A stretch of DNA of 64,000 nucleotides from Laetmonice hystrix. Taxonomy: Eukaryota. Below, piece after piece: positions 35,716 through 48,995 of the stretch. Under the pieces are notes generated by a model. It was not told the DNA's origin. It saw nothing but the letters and a program-made list of their open reading frames with translations, and searched no databases. A program made the translations under genes and the position numbers. Location: NCBI GenBank assembly GCA_965235115.1, contig OZ249438.1, positions 8,246,001-8,310,000 of the forward strand, in the 5' to 3' direction. Every line of letters starts with the position of its first letter. Position 1 is the stretch's first letter.

Positions 35716-38700
35716 CAGCCAGAAAGTAGGGTATGCAGAGGGCTTTTGCAAAATGATATCTGAGACTGTGATAAATAATTAAGGTCAACACCATTCATCC
35801 CAATAGCAAACATTGATTTGTTTGAAATGTGCCCAAGACTTTTTAAAATTGTGGTGTCCCCATCAAACAACAGCAACAGCTGAAAGTCGTTTTCTTGTAC
35901 TGCCATTAGTCATAATTCGGGTTGTCCTGAACCCTCAGTGTGGTATGACAGTACGTACGTGCGTGTGTGGCCATTCACCATTACCTTCTGTCCAGTGTAC
36001 CCCACACCTGTGTTTTCGTACCCCAGGTGTTGCAGCCACCATTATGACAACTCTCAGAAGGTGGTGAAGGGGACCGGGTGGGTGGGAGGTGGGGGCAGGG
36101 GTGGACCCCAACCAGGCATTCTGCCACATTAACCCCTGGCCCGGGGAGAGATCCTCACCTAACCACCATGTAGCCTGCCATGTCATCCTATATATGGACT
36201 GCTGACAATAGGTACTTTTGATATACGATCCAGTTTAAGATATATAAAGGGCATGGTCACGTCAGGAATAGAACCAGTTATAACGTGATCCGGCTCATAT
36301 AATATTTTGACAGGTGTCGACGTATTGACGTGTAAGTTGACCTTTGAGGTGTGCGATTTGACAGTTTCAGGCCGAGCTTACGTATTAGCCACAGACTTAC
36401 TACCGCTTAAAGCGGCTTACAATGGCTTACAGTGTACCTCAGCTACAGGCAGGTCTATTATTGAAAGCATTTAAGCAGTGCCTCGTAAACCGTACACCAA
36501 AGGTGGACTTATAACTAGCTTCAGCTTAATTGTTTCATGGCCATTCGACCTATACAAAATATATGGCAGTCTTAAAGCAAGCACTGACTATCTCTTATTT
36601 CAATGACTCCATAATGCAGACATGAGTTACATTAGACCTGGTTGTTTACCTGGCATTGACATTAACAACCAATGAATTTCATTGGTTGTTCAAGTCAACA
36701 ACCAGCCATGAGACGATCGCTTCATAGGCACAACAAGCAGCTGGAATGTAGAATTTCATTAGATTTCTCCATTTCTGTAAATATACATTTATTAATTTAT
36801 GTAGTCTAAGCCCTTATCTAACCTTACAGCCCATGTCTGCATTTTAGAATCATTGAAATAGGTCAAGAGATAGTCGCTGTTTGCTTTAATGTTTTACCGA
36901 GAAACCTAAAGTCTGAAAAAGACACGGAAAAAGAAACGGAAAGAAAGCGAGTGTCTTTTTTACACCCAATCTAGTAAAGTGGTGAAAACAGAAGCCTTTT
37001 ATTATTTGCAGAACACGAAATGTTAAATTTAAAGTCTTTCTAAAGGTGCCCCGTCGCTTTGTCGCTAGTCACCGTGGATTAGGATAAGTCCAGGAAAGTC
37101 TTTTAATCCACCTTTTCAATAATCAGCGATATATGTACTGCCACTCGGAGGGTTGTGTGTAATTACATACTAGTATGTGGAATAGCTAGAAAAATGTAGC
37201 ATCAGGAATTAATGGCAACCTGTTTAACATTTCACATAGATATATAGAGTCAGAATTTGTTTGTCTAAACACCGTTGCCCCATTAAAATGTCTTCAGATT
37301 ATGAAACATATATAGATTACTGATTAGAGAATGGGACAAGGTTACGAGAGTGTATGTTCGGACTGTGGGGAATAGAAACATAAGCAAATGATACAGCAAA
37401 CGAGGTAGAAACACGGACCAGTGAGCTCTTTCTGCACTTACAACTATTGTTTCATTCACCCACATTTATTTATTTTATTCACAGGCCACAACAGTCTGTT
37501 TTGACACGAATCGGGAAAATGATTTTGACAGATAGGTATGAAAATCAATGCTGTGGGGTGGGCGTGATTGGACGTCATTGATCTATAATAAATAAAAGCA
37601 GAATCGATACATTCTGCTGAGCGCGGTTCTGGTGACGGAAGTAGCGGTTCAGTAGTGTAGTTCCAACATCAAGAACATTAAAAGGAACTCCAGGGACGGC
37701 CTGATTCAAACAAGAATTGGTCGGTAATCTCGGGACAAAAGAACTCACAACGGGCATTGAATTGAAGCATGTACCCTTGTGCTTCCTTCAATACTGTATT
37801 TAAAACATTTTTCTCTTCATGTATAACCGATTTCGATAATTGTTTTCATTTGATACCCAAGAGCAACACCCGTATTACTCGAAACTGAATGTTAGCACTG
37901 TTGGCTGATCCGATATAAGATAGTTGTCGTATAGCACAGTAATATAGATATCTAAAGTACAGAGTAGAAGTCTAAATCTCTTAAAGGAGTTAGTTGGATC
38001 GGCATCAAGTAAATCAAAACATTAAAAGAAAATCTTGACAATTACTTAACCAAAGTGATCCTATATCAGCCGCACCCTGTCTAATGGTTTCCAAGAACGC
38101 AAGGAGGGGGGGGGGGTTTACAAGCGATGGCCGTTATCGCCTGTTATCGAAAGGGATCGTATTAGAAAAGAACACCGGCCCTTCAGCGTAAGAACAGCTA
38201 TAGAACATGGTTTTCATCAGCGTCTGTCGATTTAGCTAATAGAGCAAATAACGTAAGGTAAGGAGGCAGACGTCATGATAGAAGTCGCTTTCATTTTCTT
38301 TGTGCAGTGAGCCCAAGGGTGTTTATATGAAGAAAGAAACACGTATGTAACAATTTTAGGATATGTCTGGGCTTCGCGAAGCTGTATGTGTCTGGTGGTG
38401 GGGGGGGGGGGGTGGGGGTGGGGGAGGGGCTTATGGTAAAAATACCCTATCCACCCAACCCACATCTCAGCCTGTCTGGACGTGTAGCAACACGAACATA
38501 GCACCAACCATGAAGCTACCAACACATTCTGGTTTGTAGTGTTTAAAAAACGTTAGGCCTACGTATATTTATGACAACAAGCAAAGGTGAGATTAAACAA
38601 AAGTCGTTTTAGTTGCAATGGAACACTATCATGTGGCATTACACGTCTTTAACGCATAAAGCAACACATAAATCTAATGTTGAGGTTGACTTTTACAACT

Positions 38701-38845
38701 GAGCCTGATTCAAGAAAGCATGTTGAGCTTGTGGTTTTTTCTCTGTAGTAGCTGTTATCCTATTTGTGCGTGTTGCGAACCCCAGCCTGGAGGAGGCGGG
38801 GAGGGTGGGGGGCGTCTGTGCTGTGTGATGGTTGGAAGATAGGAA

Positions 38846-39390
38846 ACATGTCCCTTAGCAGGTCTTGGTGCATAGCAACCATGTACCTTAGCAGGTCCTG
38901 GTGGGAACCATGTACCTTAGCAGGTCCTGGTGGGAACCATGTACCTTAGCAGGTCCTGGTGGGAACCATGTACCTTAGCAGGTCCTGGTGGGAACCATGT
39001 ACCTTAGCAGCTCCTGGTGGGAACCATGTACCTTAGCAGGTCCTGGTGGGAACCATGTACCTTAGCAGGTCCTGGTGGGAACCATGTACCTTAGCAGGTC
39101 CTGGTGGGAACCATGTACCTTAGCAGCTCCTGGTGGGAACCATGTACCTTAGCAGGTCCTGTGGGAACCATGTACCTTAGCAGGTCCTGTGGGAACCATG
39201 TACCTTAGCAGGTCCTGGTGGGAACCATGTACCTTAGCAGCTCCTGGTGGAAACCATGTACCTTAGCAGGTCCTGGTGGGAACCATGTACCTTAGCAGGT
39301 CCTGGTGGGAACCATGTACCTTAGCAGGTCCTGGTGGGAACCATGTACCTTAGCAGGTCCTGGTGGGAACCATGTACCTTAGCAGGTCCT
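38846..39390. repeat. Minisatellite, 29-bp unit x about 18
   Basis: Unit GTACCTTAGCAGGTCCTGGTGGGAACCAT. Confidence 0.97.
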
Positions 39391-42300
39391 AGTGCAGTGA
39401 GTGGCTCAGCTTGGCCCGTCCTCCCAGTGGGCAGACAGCTTAAGGATTTTTGTTCATGAGTCTAAAACAATTCAAATTGATTTAAAATCAATTAACACCC
39501 AAATGGTTCAAACTGATTTGAGCAATGTTTTTGGTATAGGGTCACCATTGGTTAATACCTGGAGCCTATGAACTCTGGTATATGAAAGGATATATATTAA
39601 TATACAGGAAACAAGGTAGACTTTACAGCCCATGCACATCTCAGGGCCGGCAGGTACCGCGGTAGACTTGTACCTTGGTTTCCGCCGGCAGTAGACCTGT
39701 ACTTACACAGAGACCGACTAGACTTGACTGTATACCTTAGTCTCTTAGTCTCTGCAGGGCGGGTGTTCCCCGGGAATAAGGTAAACCTGGCCGGCAGATG
39801 TAGAGAGCCCCTACTCTTCCCATCCCCCAGGCCTCGCCACCCAGAATAGTTTCTGCCGGTGGACAGCTGGCAGAGATAGATGATTTATTGTGCGGATGTT
39901 CACTGCAAACACCACACTCAGTGCCGGGGGCCGAGCAACCTCATTTTCCCTCAATCAAAGTCATCTTTCTACTTGGGAGTTCGGTTATATAACACTGGAG
40001 AAAAGCCGTATTGCTCTACCAATACCTAGCTGTCTGACTATTTCGATCAGGTCTGTTTGCCTATTGTACCTGTTCCGTTTTGTTCACGAGAATCCTCCCA
40101 ATCTTTCTTCTGGTTCATGTCCTTCCGGTGTGGCATCGCCGACTTCCGGGCAACGGGAGGGGGGCACTTCCGGCATTATAACATCTTGGACGGGGTCTGT
40201 GTCCATCTGGAGGCTGTCAGGGGTGAGCTGACCAGTTAGGACAGGGGGGGGGGGGGGTTATCACAATGCCTGTAAGATTTTAAAAGGCTTTGCTCTAAAT
40301 TAACATGTGGGGGTCAATATATGTTGTTCTCTGCCTTAAGCCTCCGTCAACATTGATTGTTTGCTGCTGTGAACTTCGGAGCTCTTCACTTCCCAGACCA
40401 TTCTTCACCTCCACGTGTCTGAGCGCGGAAGCTCAGGTGAATGGACGTTCGCACTGTCCACGCGTCAGTCCTTTGTGACAGCACCCCCAATATCAGATTC
40501 CGTTTCAGGATATTAGGTGTCGTTTAGTTTCCATTGGCATATTGTTCCTGCTTCACTGGTAGATCGTACGATCTATTTATGAATTGGCGCTGTGTTACAT
40601 TAATAAAATGACAATTACTCGAGTTACACTCCGTCATATTGCAGTCGGTGCGTTGATGCCGATGTTTAGGATTTTGTCAGAAATATATTAAATAACTGTA
40701 CGTACTGATGGGGTGTAAAAACATGGTTGCTAAGGTAATGGGTTACCCGAGAGGGGGTATAATTATCAACATCCTAATTAATGAAGCACACCTTTCCCGC
40801 AGCTGTCCAGACAGCAGCTGTATGGAGACACAACAACAGCACACACCTGAACCTGATCTCGTCCCAAATTTGTTTACCGCCTGCTATGTAATAGGATCAT
40901 TACAAAGCAGTTACATAAGTTAAGTTACCACCCTGCCTTATGGTCTGGGAGTCAGTTTCCATTATGAAACGTTACATGAAGTTTATGTATTACGTTATGT
41001 TGATTTTACCTGAAGCACACAATAACACTTAGTGAAGGACTGGATATTACAATTAGTTATATAGTAAGCTTTCCGCTGGATGTTCAGGTCTGCAGGGGTC
41101 AGTCAGTAAAGGTCAGCTTGTAATATTATTTGATGCTAGACAGCACCAGGAATATAAACGAGTTTGGCGGCAGCAGCATCAAGTTTTTAACAATTGGATG
41201 TGTCAGCGCTGATAGATGCGCCGGTCTCATGTCAATATTCTGATCAGTGACGTTAGTTTGTCTACGAACTGATTGGGTCTGGTTTGGCGTGGAACAACGC
41301 ACTGTGCATACGTATGCGTGTGGGGTGTGCGTGGTATAAATATGCACGCGCCCCCTTCGCACTCACTCCCGCAGGATCGCCCGTTTCAGGTTCCAAATGA
41401 AAACCTATGACTAGTATTAGCCACCGGCAAAGGTCCTGTCTGTATGATTTTAGTGGTGACATGTGTTACAATGATTTTGTTTTATATTCGGTACTCCGCG
41501 TTCCACTAGAAATCAATTGGGACAGCATCACGGGATTGCCTTCTATCTTGCAGATCTATAATAGTGTCACGTTCAACTTCTGAATGTAGCATCTAATAAT
41601 ATGTTGTTATGAAATTATGATGATAAAGTGTTTTGCCGGTTTCAAGGGGATAGGTTTGAAACTGATTTAATGCAGACCCACCCCTTACCCAGGAAACTCC
41701 GAGGTAATAAAGAAAATCCTTATATCATTCAGCTCAGGGAGGGATTAGGGTTGTGGTTGGGGGAGAATTATCAGCCTGTCTAGTCACTCCAGCATGTCAA
41801 GTCATAGTTTAGTCTGTACATGATGTCTGAACAGTCGGCCGCCAGTCAGGCCATTTATCACTTCATGGCTTAGTGGGCCCCAGCAATACTGCTGTACTAC
41901 TCATGTAATACTGTTACAAAGCCACAGAGCTAGGCGTCGGAAACTATTTTAGATTGAGAGGAACGTTAGTTCTTTTTGGCCATCTAAGACGTCTGCTATT
42001 CTGTCTGAACTGATATCTTAATCATTTAGACTTTCCCTGGAAGGGTTGACGTTTTGTGTGAAGTTGGATGAAATTTATGAGGGGTCGGTACCCCCTGTAC
42101 CCCTTGATGGTCCTGGCGTTTTGTTGACGTCGGTGGGACTGGGTGCTAATCAAACTATTAGTAAAACCTCACAGTAAATCTCTCTCTAAATAACGACCAA
42201 CATTTAGAAACTAGCATGGATCGGTGCTCATTATTGACCCTAACTACCTAGATTTATAAATGTAATACCTCAACACAACGTAGATTTAATGTTGTAATCT

Positions 42301-42843
42301 GAGACCTTAACTACATGTTGGCGAGGATTGAGACGTAGGCCTACGTTTAAAGTATCAGAAGAAAAGTACAACGTTATATATAGGTCTACGTGTACTCAAT
42401 TATGGGATAGCCTTTGCCTGATAAACCTTTCGCACTTCACTCAGATTTGACCAGGAAACCCCGCTTTCCCCATGTTTGCATGGGTCGATCATACTGTTGG
42501 CGGCTCGGCCCCCCTTGGGGCAGACCTGCATTTCGTAACGAGCGATAATTCACGCGATATGTCTGGTAATGTTGTTGTACCCGCTGTCCTGTTGTATACC
42601 TTGAGGTAGACAGAGCATGGGTGCTGTGGCAGGTCTTTGTTGTAGGGGGTTTTATCATCCTGGGGTCGTACCCAAAGCCATGCACCTACCAGGCAATTTA
42701 CTAAGTTACCCGGCAGAACGCCCGGGGACCAGTTGCATGACTTATCTGTTAGATTTCCCGGGCAGTTTCAATGGGGATTTTATTGAAGGGACGATCATGC
42801 AAGTGGCCCTATTTGGAAAATCATAACGCTTCCCTTGTGAGAG

Positions 42844-42900
42844 GAAGAAGAAGAAGAAGAAGAAGAAGAAATGAGGAAGAAGAAGAAGAAGAAGAAGAAG
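42844..42900. repeat. Interrupted (GAA)n microsatellite
   Basis: Direct reading. Confidence 0.95.
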
Positions 42901-42949
42901 AATTCATAATGGTTGTCTAGCAGGTTGATTATTTTGGAGAAACATCACG

Positions 42950-43558
42950 TGTAAAAAGATAGTTTCGACATTTTATCTTGTTAAGTAAAGCCAACGGCAG
43001 TAGATGACAAACACCAGAATTTAATTTTAACAGTTTAATGAATCCTCACAGTTACACGCTGATGACAAAATAAAGTTTGCTTTACAGTCACAAAACTGTT
43101 TTTAACCTTCTGGAAGGTTCTTACCGTCTATTGTGGTCTATTGTCCTGTCTGCGATTCCAGAACGTTCCTAATCCACACGTAAATCCAAATGAGAGTTCA
43201 ATTAATGTTCCAGTTGGTTTCCTCCGTTGATTTCACAATCACAATGTCCACAGCACACGTTCAGATACTCCCGGAATAGTCCTTCACTGATGTCACCAAC
43301 ACTTCACCAGCAACGAATTGAAGACTTGTACCATATACGGCTTAACGCCCAAATATGACAGCTTTCGTAAGCCACAGCGATAATCCACAGTTTCACAAAC
43401 TTCAACCAGGTTTTTCTCTAGTCACTAAAGAACACTCTCTTTTAGATCTCAACTTTCAAGTCTCCTCTTATCACCAGTTCTACCGGGCTTATATACCTTC
43501 AGTTGTTTGAGAACCTTCACAGAGGAACACAGAGCAATTCTACCTCACACATATCACA
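42950..43558 (-). mobile_element. Probable solo LTR (about 609 bp)
   Basis: The minus strand starts TGTGATA and ends TTTTACA, with TATATAAG about 65 nt in and two ATTAAA near the 3' end, the usual LTR layout. No matching TSD found. Confidence 0.45.
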
Positions 43559-44618
43559 ATCTGAAGACCACGTACTCATTTATACCTACAGTCATTTAAA
43601 ATATGAAGAGGAGGTATAGCAGAGAGGACGTTGCCCTAATGCCCCCGCCTTTCAGATACGCCTGTGTAACCGAGAGCTTCTTCCTAGACACCCGACCTTA
43701 CTGATTGCGCTGGCAATGGACCTCGGCGGAGAAGCTCGGATGACTTTGGCTCAGCCTCGGTGATTGAATTGACGGGAATGAAGGAGCTAATTACACTATA
43801 AAACACGGATGGGTTCCTTCCGTTAGCCATGAAAATGAAGCTTCTACATTGTTACGGGAATACCCACGGCAGAACGCTGAAAGGGACCTTTGATGAGCTA
43901 ACGGGAACGTTGCCACATTAATTGGCAGGGGTATAGGAGCGGATCTAGAATCAAGGTCGCGCTAAGGGGAAGAAGATTCTGGAAAAAGGGGCCCTTTAGA
44001 ATAACGAGTGCCCTTTTGAATTGATAGAAATTGTTGCTACTGTCAAGGCAAGTGCCCCTTGCAATTGATTTTACCCCCATAGCGCTATGCTTTGACTCCA
44101 AGCACTTCGCTTTTTTTTCACTACCCATTGACTGTCTGAAACGGTTAAGTGATCACCAGATCCAGATTTTGAAACCAGGAAAGTGTTCTAAGTACATTGT
44201 ACTAATTCTTTTTTCCGTCTTTTTTTTATGAACACCGCACAGGGAGTATAAGCCAATTCTGATTTCGGTATGGATCAAAAGGGCACTGATGTTGTTTGAC
44301 TTTCTGACAAACTTTATCATGACACGACGACCCGGAGGAGCGAAAAAAAGAAGAAAGCACGGAGCTAAACCTGATGCGCGACTGGTGTTAGGGTGGGTTT
44401 TTTGGTGTCGAACAGTACAGATGTGGGCATTGCCTGACTGACTTTTGGTCTCCCTACCGCTCGCTATCATAGATAATATTATTGTTCTTTAGTATTGTTA
44501 TTTCTTACGTTAAAAAGTAACTAAAGTAAAATGAATCCGAGGGTAATCGCTGACCTTTCTGAGTACAAGTTGAGTACAGTTGAATATCTCGCAGCCGGCA
44601 CTTTTTGTATCAACAGGC

Positions 44619-44707
44619 GGCCGATTCAGCCGTGGTGCTTCGTGAATTAAGGTGTCCCGCCCATAATCCGAAGGTTGTGGGTTCTAAACTCGATTTGGCC
44701 AGTTTTT
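44619..44707 (+). pseudogene. Degenerate tRNA-Met-like sequence (tRNA pseudogene or SINE head)
   Basis: CATAATCCGAAGGTTGTGGGTTC resembles the elongator tRNA-Met anticodon/variable/T region. Terminal pairing GGCCGA...TTGGCC-A is followed by TTTTT. Anticodon stem and B box are decayed. Confidence 0.5.
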
Positions 44708-44910
44708 GTTTGTTGTTTTCTCACCCTTCATTTTTTTTCAACTTGGGTTAGAGTTAGGGATGGGGATAAGGATAGTTATATATAGTTAGGGATAGTGATA
44801 GTTAACGGTCGGGCGGCAGGTGGCGGGCGTCCCACAGGACACAGTTGACAACAGCAATCTGCCGCGTGCGCTACGTTCTCGCTTCGTCGCCTCCATGCCC
44901 GTCAACCATG

Positions 44911-45244
44911 CAATCACAGGTTTTACGATAAATAAAGGGTGCCATTCTACTTACGGAGTGGTTAACTCAGTCAACCTACAATCACAGGTTTTACGATAAA
45001 TAAAGGGTGCCATTCTACTTACGGAGTGGTTAACTCAGTCAACTTACAATCACAGGTTTTACGATAAATAAAGGGTGCCATTCTACTTACGGAGTGGTTA
45101 ACTCAATCAACTTACAATCATAGGTTTTACGATAAATAAAGGGTACCATTCTACTTACGGAGTGGTTAACTCAATCAACTTACAATCACAAGTTTTACGA
45201 TAAATAAAGGGTGCCATTCTACTTACAGAGTGGTTAACTCAGTC
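44911..45244. repeat. Minisatellite, 68-bp unit x about 5
   Basis: Unit CAATCACAGGTTTTACGATAAATAAAGGGTGCCATTCTACTTACGGAGTGGTTAACTCAGTCAACCTA; starts at 44911, 44979, 45047, 45115 and 45183. Confidence 0.95.
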
Positions 45245-46472
45245 GGTACGTACAAGTAGAAAATTAAAGTGTATACCACTTTGATGTCAAGAACATATTA
45301 ACCGTGGCATCAGCTGGGAGAGCCACTGAGCTATCAGACTGACATAGGCTGGGCACTCGATGGCAGATGTTTCTTGTAGAGAGAGAGAGACATGGGGGAT
45401 AGAACAAGTCAAAGAAAGGGCAGCTTGGCAAAGGGCTGAGGCTGGGGGCGGTGGCTCCAATGTATTGATTGGCCGGCTGTTACAAGTTTTAACTGACCAG
45501 TAGTAGTCCCTTGGATAACCCCCCCCCCCATCCCCGTCCCCGCCCCTTGGATTCCCACACCCCCTACCACCGCCAACCCCTCATGTCACTCAATCAGACA
45601 CTGCCGATGGACGCTCCTAAACTCACAATCCGACACTGAGTGCCCTTTAATGGAGATTCCTAGTTCGGGATTGTTTCATTAGCCAGCCACCGAGGACCCT
45701 TTGCCCCCATGCTGGGCCAACTGGCAGGTTTCCCGCCGCCAGGTGGCAGCAATGTCGAGTCTAACAAGACTGGGTGTAGATCTTACTTAGACCATATAAT
45801 GGTATGAATGGGCCGAATCTTCTCTTGTGTCAGTCTCTATCACAGTTCTACTGCTGTTTCCATTGAACCACTAAATTGCATGCAAATTATAAACCTAGGC
45901 TAGTGTCCCGGTATGTTGAAGGTTGACTTGTAGCTTTTGTGCGGATCTATAATGCTCCAACTACTTGGGACTTGTACAAGTTTATTATGAAATATTGATG
46001 GCATGTGTGTGTACCCAGTAGAGAAGCACTAACAGTGAAATGGCCTGTGTGGTTCAACGCCAAACTTGGCGACTTGCTCCGCCTATACTGGCTGCTCTGA
46101 ATAAAAGATACGCTTTACTACGAATGGCCATAGCAGCAGGCACATTGTAAGCGAGAGACTTACCCCAATGGGATTGTACAATCTAGTATAGGACCCAAAG
46201 ATCACAAAGGTTTTGATAACAAGTTCAGGCGCACTCGTTCGGAATCGTTTGACGCAATGTTCATCTCCTTCATCATGCATTATGGATTAGTGTACCTTTT
46301 CTTTGGGCCCGCAGCCGTTGAGGTCCCAGCGAGGTGTCAGTTGTAAAGCATTGTGAGGACTAGCACTGCAACATTGTAACACTGCAACATGAACAACATG
46401 TGGTCTTGAATGTGCATCAGGGGGGTATAATAATAATAGGGGCGTGGGCGTATATTGACCGATTAAGGAAAC

Positions 46473-46575
46473 AACACTAAATACCAATGAAACGGGGAAT
46501 GAACATGTATAAACACTAAATACCAATGAAACGGGGAATGAACATTTATAAACACTAAATACCAATGAAACGGTG
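46473..46575. repeat. Short tandem repeat, about 40-bp unit x about 2.6
   Basis: AACACTAAATACCAATGAAACGG occurs three times. Confidence 0.9.
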
Positions 46576-47795
46576 AACCATAGGAAAGGTACAATTTGCG
46601 ATGAATAACATCCCCACCGCTTATCCTTTTGGCGAGGTTTACTGGTGAGTGTGAAAGTGTTCGCCAGCCAAGACACAGCTGAGCCAGCGAGACGTTTAAA
46701 GATATCTTCTAAGATAAGCGAAACGTACCACGAGATTAACACTGTTTTTGTAGTCATTCCGGCCTATAGTCGATGACGCATTAGTTAGAAGTTGGTGGAG
46801 TGGCCCTCTACCGACACTACACTACAAAACCCCCACTTATTAGCCATCCATTCGGTCATTTTTGTTTTATTTTGCAGACAGCCAGATAGATAGATTTAAG
46901 AACTCGTTACAGGGTCTGGCATGTGAGCCGGGGGTTCTCGTTCATCAATCTGCCGGTAGAGGGCCGCCGAGGAGTTTTGACGGAGATAAAAGTTTTTGCG
47001 TTGAGTCACTTGTAGCGGAGCCTGTCTAGCCAACGCATGCGTGTGCAGTCATCGTGCTGCAGTTCCAGTCATACAAACGGGGTATATTTCTATACATGTA
47101 TCACCGGAATCAAAGCATACGGTTTAGCCAGACGTACATGCATGCATGAAGATGCACGGGAAATAACGTGCACGTTTGATCCTAGTGTACAGTGCCCTCA
47201 TGACTGCAGCGTACATTGTGATCTGTCTGGGTGGGGAGTGGTGCTGGTGGCGGCGATTGGATCCACCGCCATGACATAGTCTCGACAATAAATGTAATAT
47301 GCCTTATCAAGCATCAGAGACTTACGAAATAGAAATGGCTGTTTGAAGTGCTCAGTGAGAACCGACCTTGATGGTTCGTGATATGGGGGTCAGCTGATAT
47401 AGACAGCATTAACTTTGCAAAGGTGCGTTTCGTCATGTATAACAGAAGGAATGTATGACGTTTCAGGCATTGGGAGGGGCTGATACTGTAGTGTGTGCTG
47501 GTATTACGAAATGCCAGCGTTGATGAGAGTTCAACAAAGAATATTCAGCCTTTAGGACCACGTATTGTATAGATTATTTTTCTCCATTGTTGAAAAAAAG
47601 ACATCTGATGCATCTTTTTCTCTGAGAAAAATGAGCCCGCTTGTGAAAGCACTTTAAAAATGAACGTACATGTATACCGTGCAGACACGTACTTAGCGGC
47701 GGTGTGGGCCACTTAAATGCAAGGTTTAACTTTGGAATATATAATTGAAATTCTCCCAGATGTTGGTTTTGCAAAGTATTTCAAGATGCCCTGCC

Positions 47796-47906
47796 AGGGG
47801 TGCGTTTCTCATCGTGTCGTTAGCTTGTCGTATCGTTAACTCCAATGTATTTCCAATGGGGATTTTAACGCACGACAGGATAACGATAGATGAGAAACGC
47901 ACCCCT
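47796..47906. mobile_element. 111-bp fold-back MITE
   Basis: Perfect 18-bp TIR AGGGGTGCGTTTCTCATC with imperfect pairing continuing about 25 nt inward. GCC directly repeated on both flanks (47793-47795, 47907-47909). Confidence 0.75.
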
Positions 47907-48961
47907 GCCTCGTTCAGGCATGGTGAGGCGGTCGAACGTTCTCCCATGGTGTCTGTAAGAGGTGACGAGTGGATCGAAGGATGGCGTGCCGTGGGAAAGT
48001 GGTTGAACGTCGGATATTATACGCTCCTCGCCAGTACTGGTTCATCAAAGAGGTTAATCGGTCCAACCTTCTCTGCCCAACTATGAGGAGCCCTTGCCAT
48101 TTTCTCCGGGAAGAGCAGTGGATTGTCCACTTGTGGCAGGTTTCTTAATCAATTCATCTTCATCGTCACGCCGCGGACAGAGCGTTACATTGCGTTATCG
48201 CTTTGAATATGGGTGAAAAACTGCGGACAGGGCGTCAAACCAACCACCCTACTCACTCACCCAGTCACCCGGAGACACCTTGGCATGCCGTCTACCTCTT
48301 AAACTCCCCATCAAATTGGAATCCATGCTCTATCTTTCAGTTCTGATAAGATACAAGAACGCGACCATTGATATGGCAGGCTCTTTGTCTTAGTATCCGA
48401 TTTAACTCCTAGATGTCTCCACCGACTGGAGTTCCAGTAGGAGGACATTTGGTAACCAAGGCTAGTCTTCCTTGATTTTCAAAGATTAGCCTCCAGCCTA
48501 TATTATCGGCGTGAATCCGTATAATGACTAATCTAGAAGCCGGTTGATTATCCTGGGATCCACATTAACCAGGCTAGCACGAGTGGCAATCTCCGGATCA
48601 GAGATACCGCTGCCGGATTATATGAACCAGGTCTGTGCTGATATCCAAGATGAAGTATCGATTCCTGCCTCAATGGGTTCGGACTTGAATAGCCTTTTGG
48701 CACTGACGCTTGGCCCGAGTATTTGTAGCAAGGTCCGGCGTGTATTATGAGTATGAGATGGATGACGAACGACCAGTGGAGTATACACCAGGGTCGCTCT
48801 GAGGACCGGGTCTTCCAAGGGTGCTCTAACCTCTGAGGGAATAATAGGAACGTTATAGAAGACCTCACTGGAGGTTTAAACTCTGATTCCCCAAGGAGCA
48901 TCGACCGTGTAAAAACCACCGTTCGCTGATATCAATCATTCATACTTCATACTGCTGTATT

Positions 48962-48995
48962 TGGGCAATCTGGGCAATCTGGGCAATCTGGGCAA
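48962..48995. repeat. 9-bp tandem repeat (TGGGCAATC) x about 4
   Basis: Direct reading. Confidence 0.9.

Noticed and set aside
39890-40231. Minus-strand acidic/Pro-rich peptide reminiscent of an LTR-retrotransposon integrase tail
   Set aside because: Too short and degenerate; no catalytic motifs.
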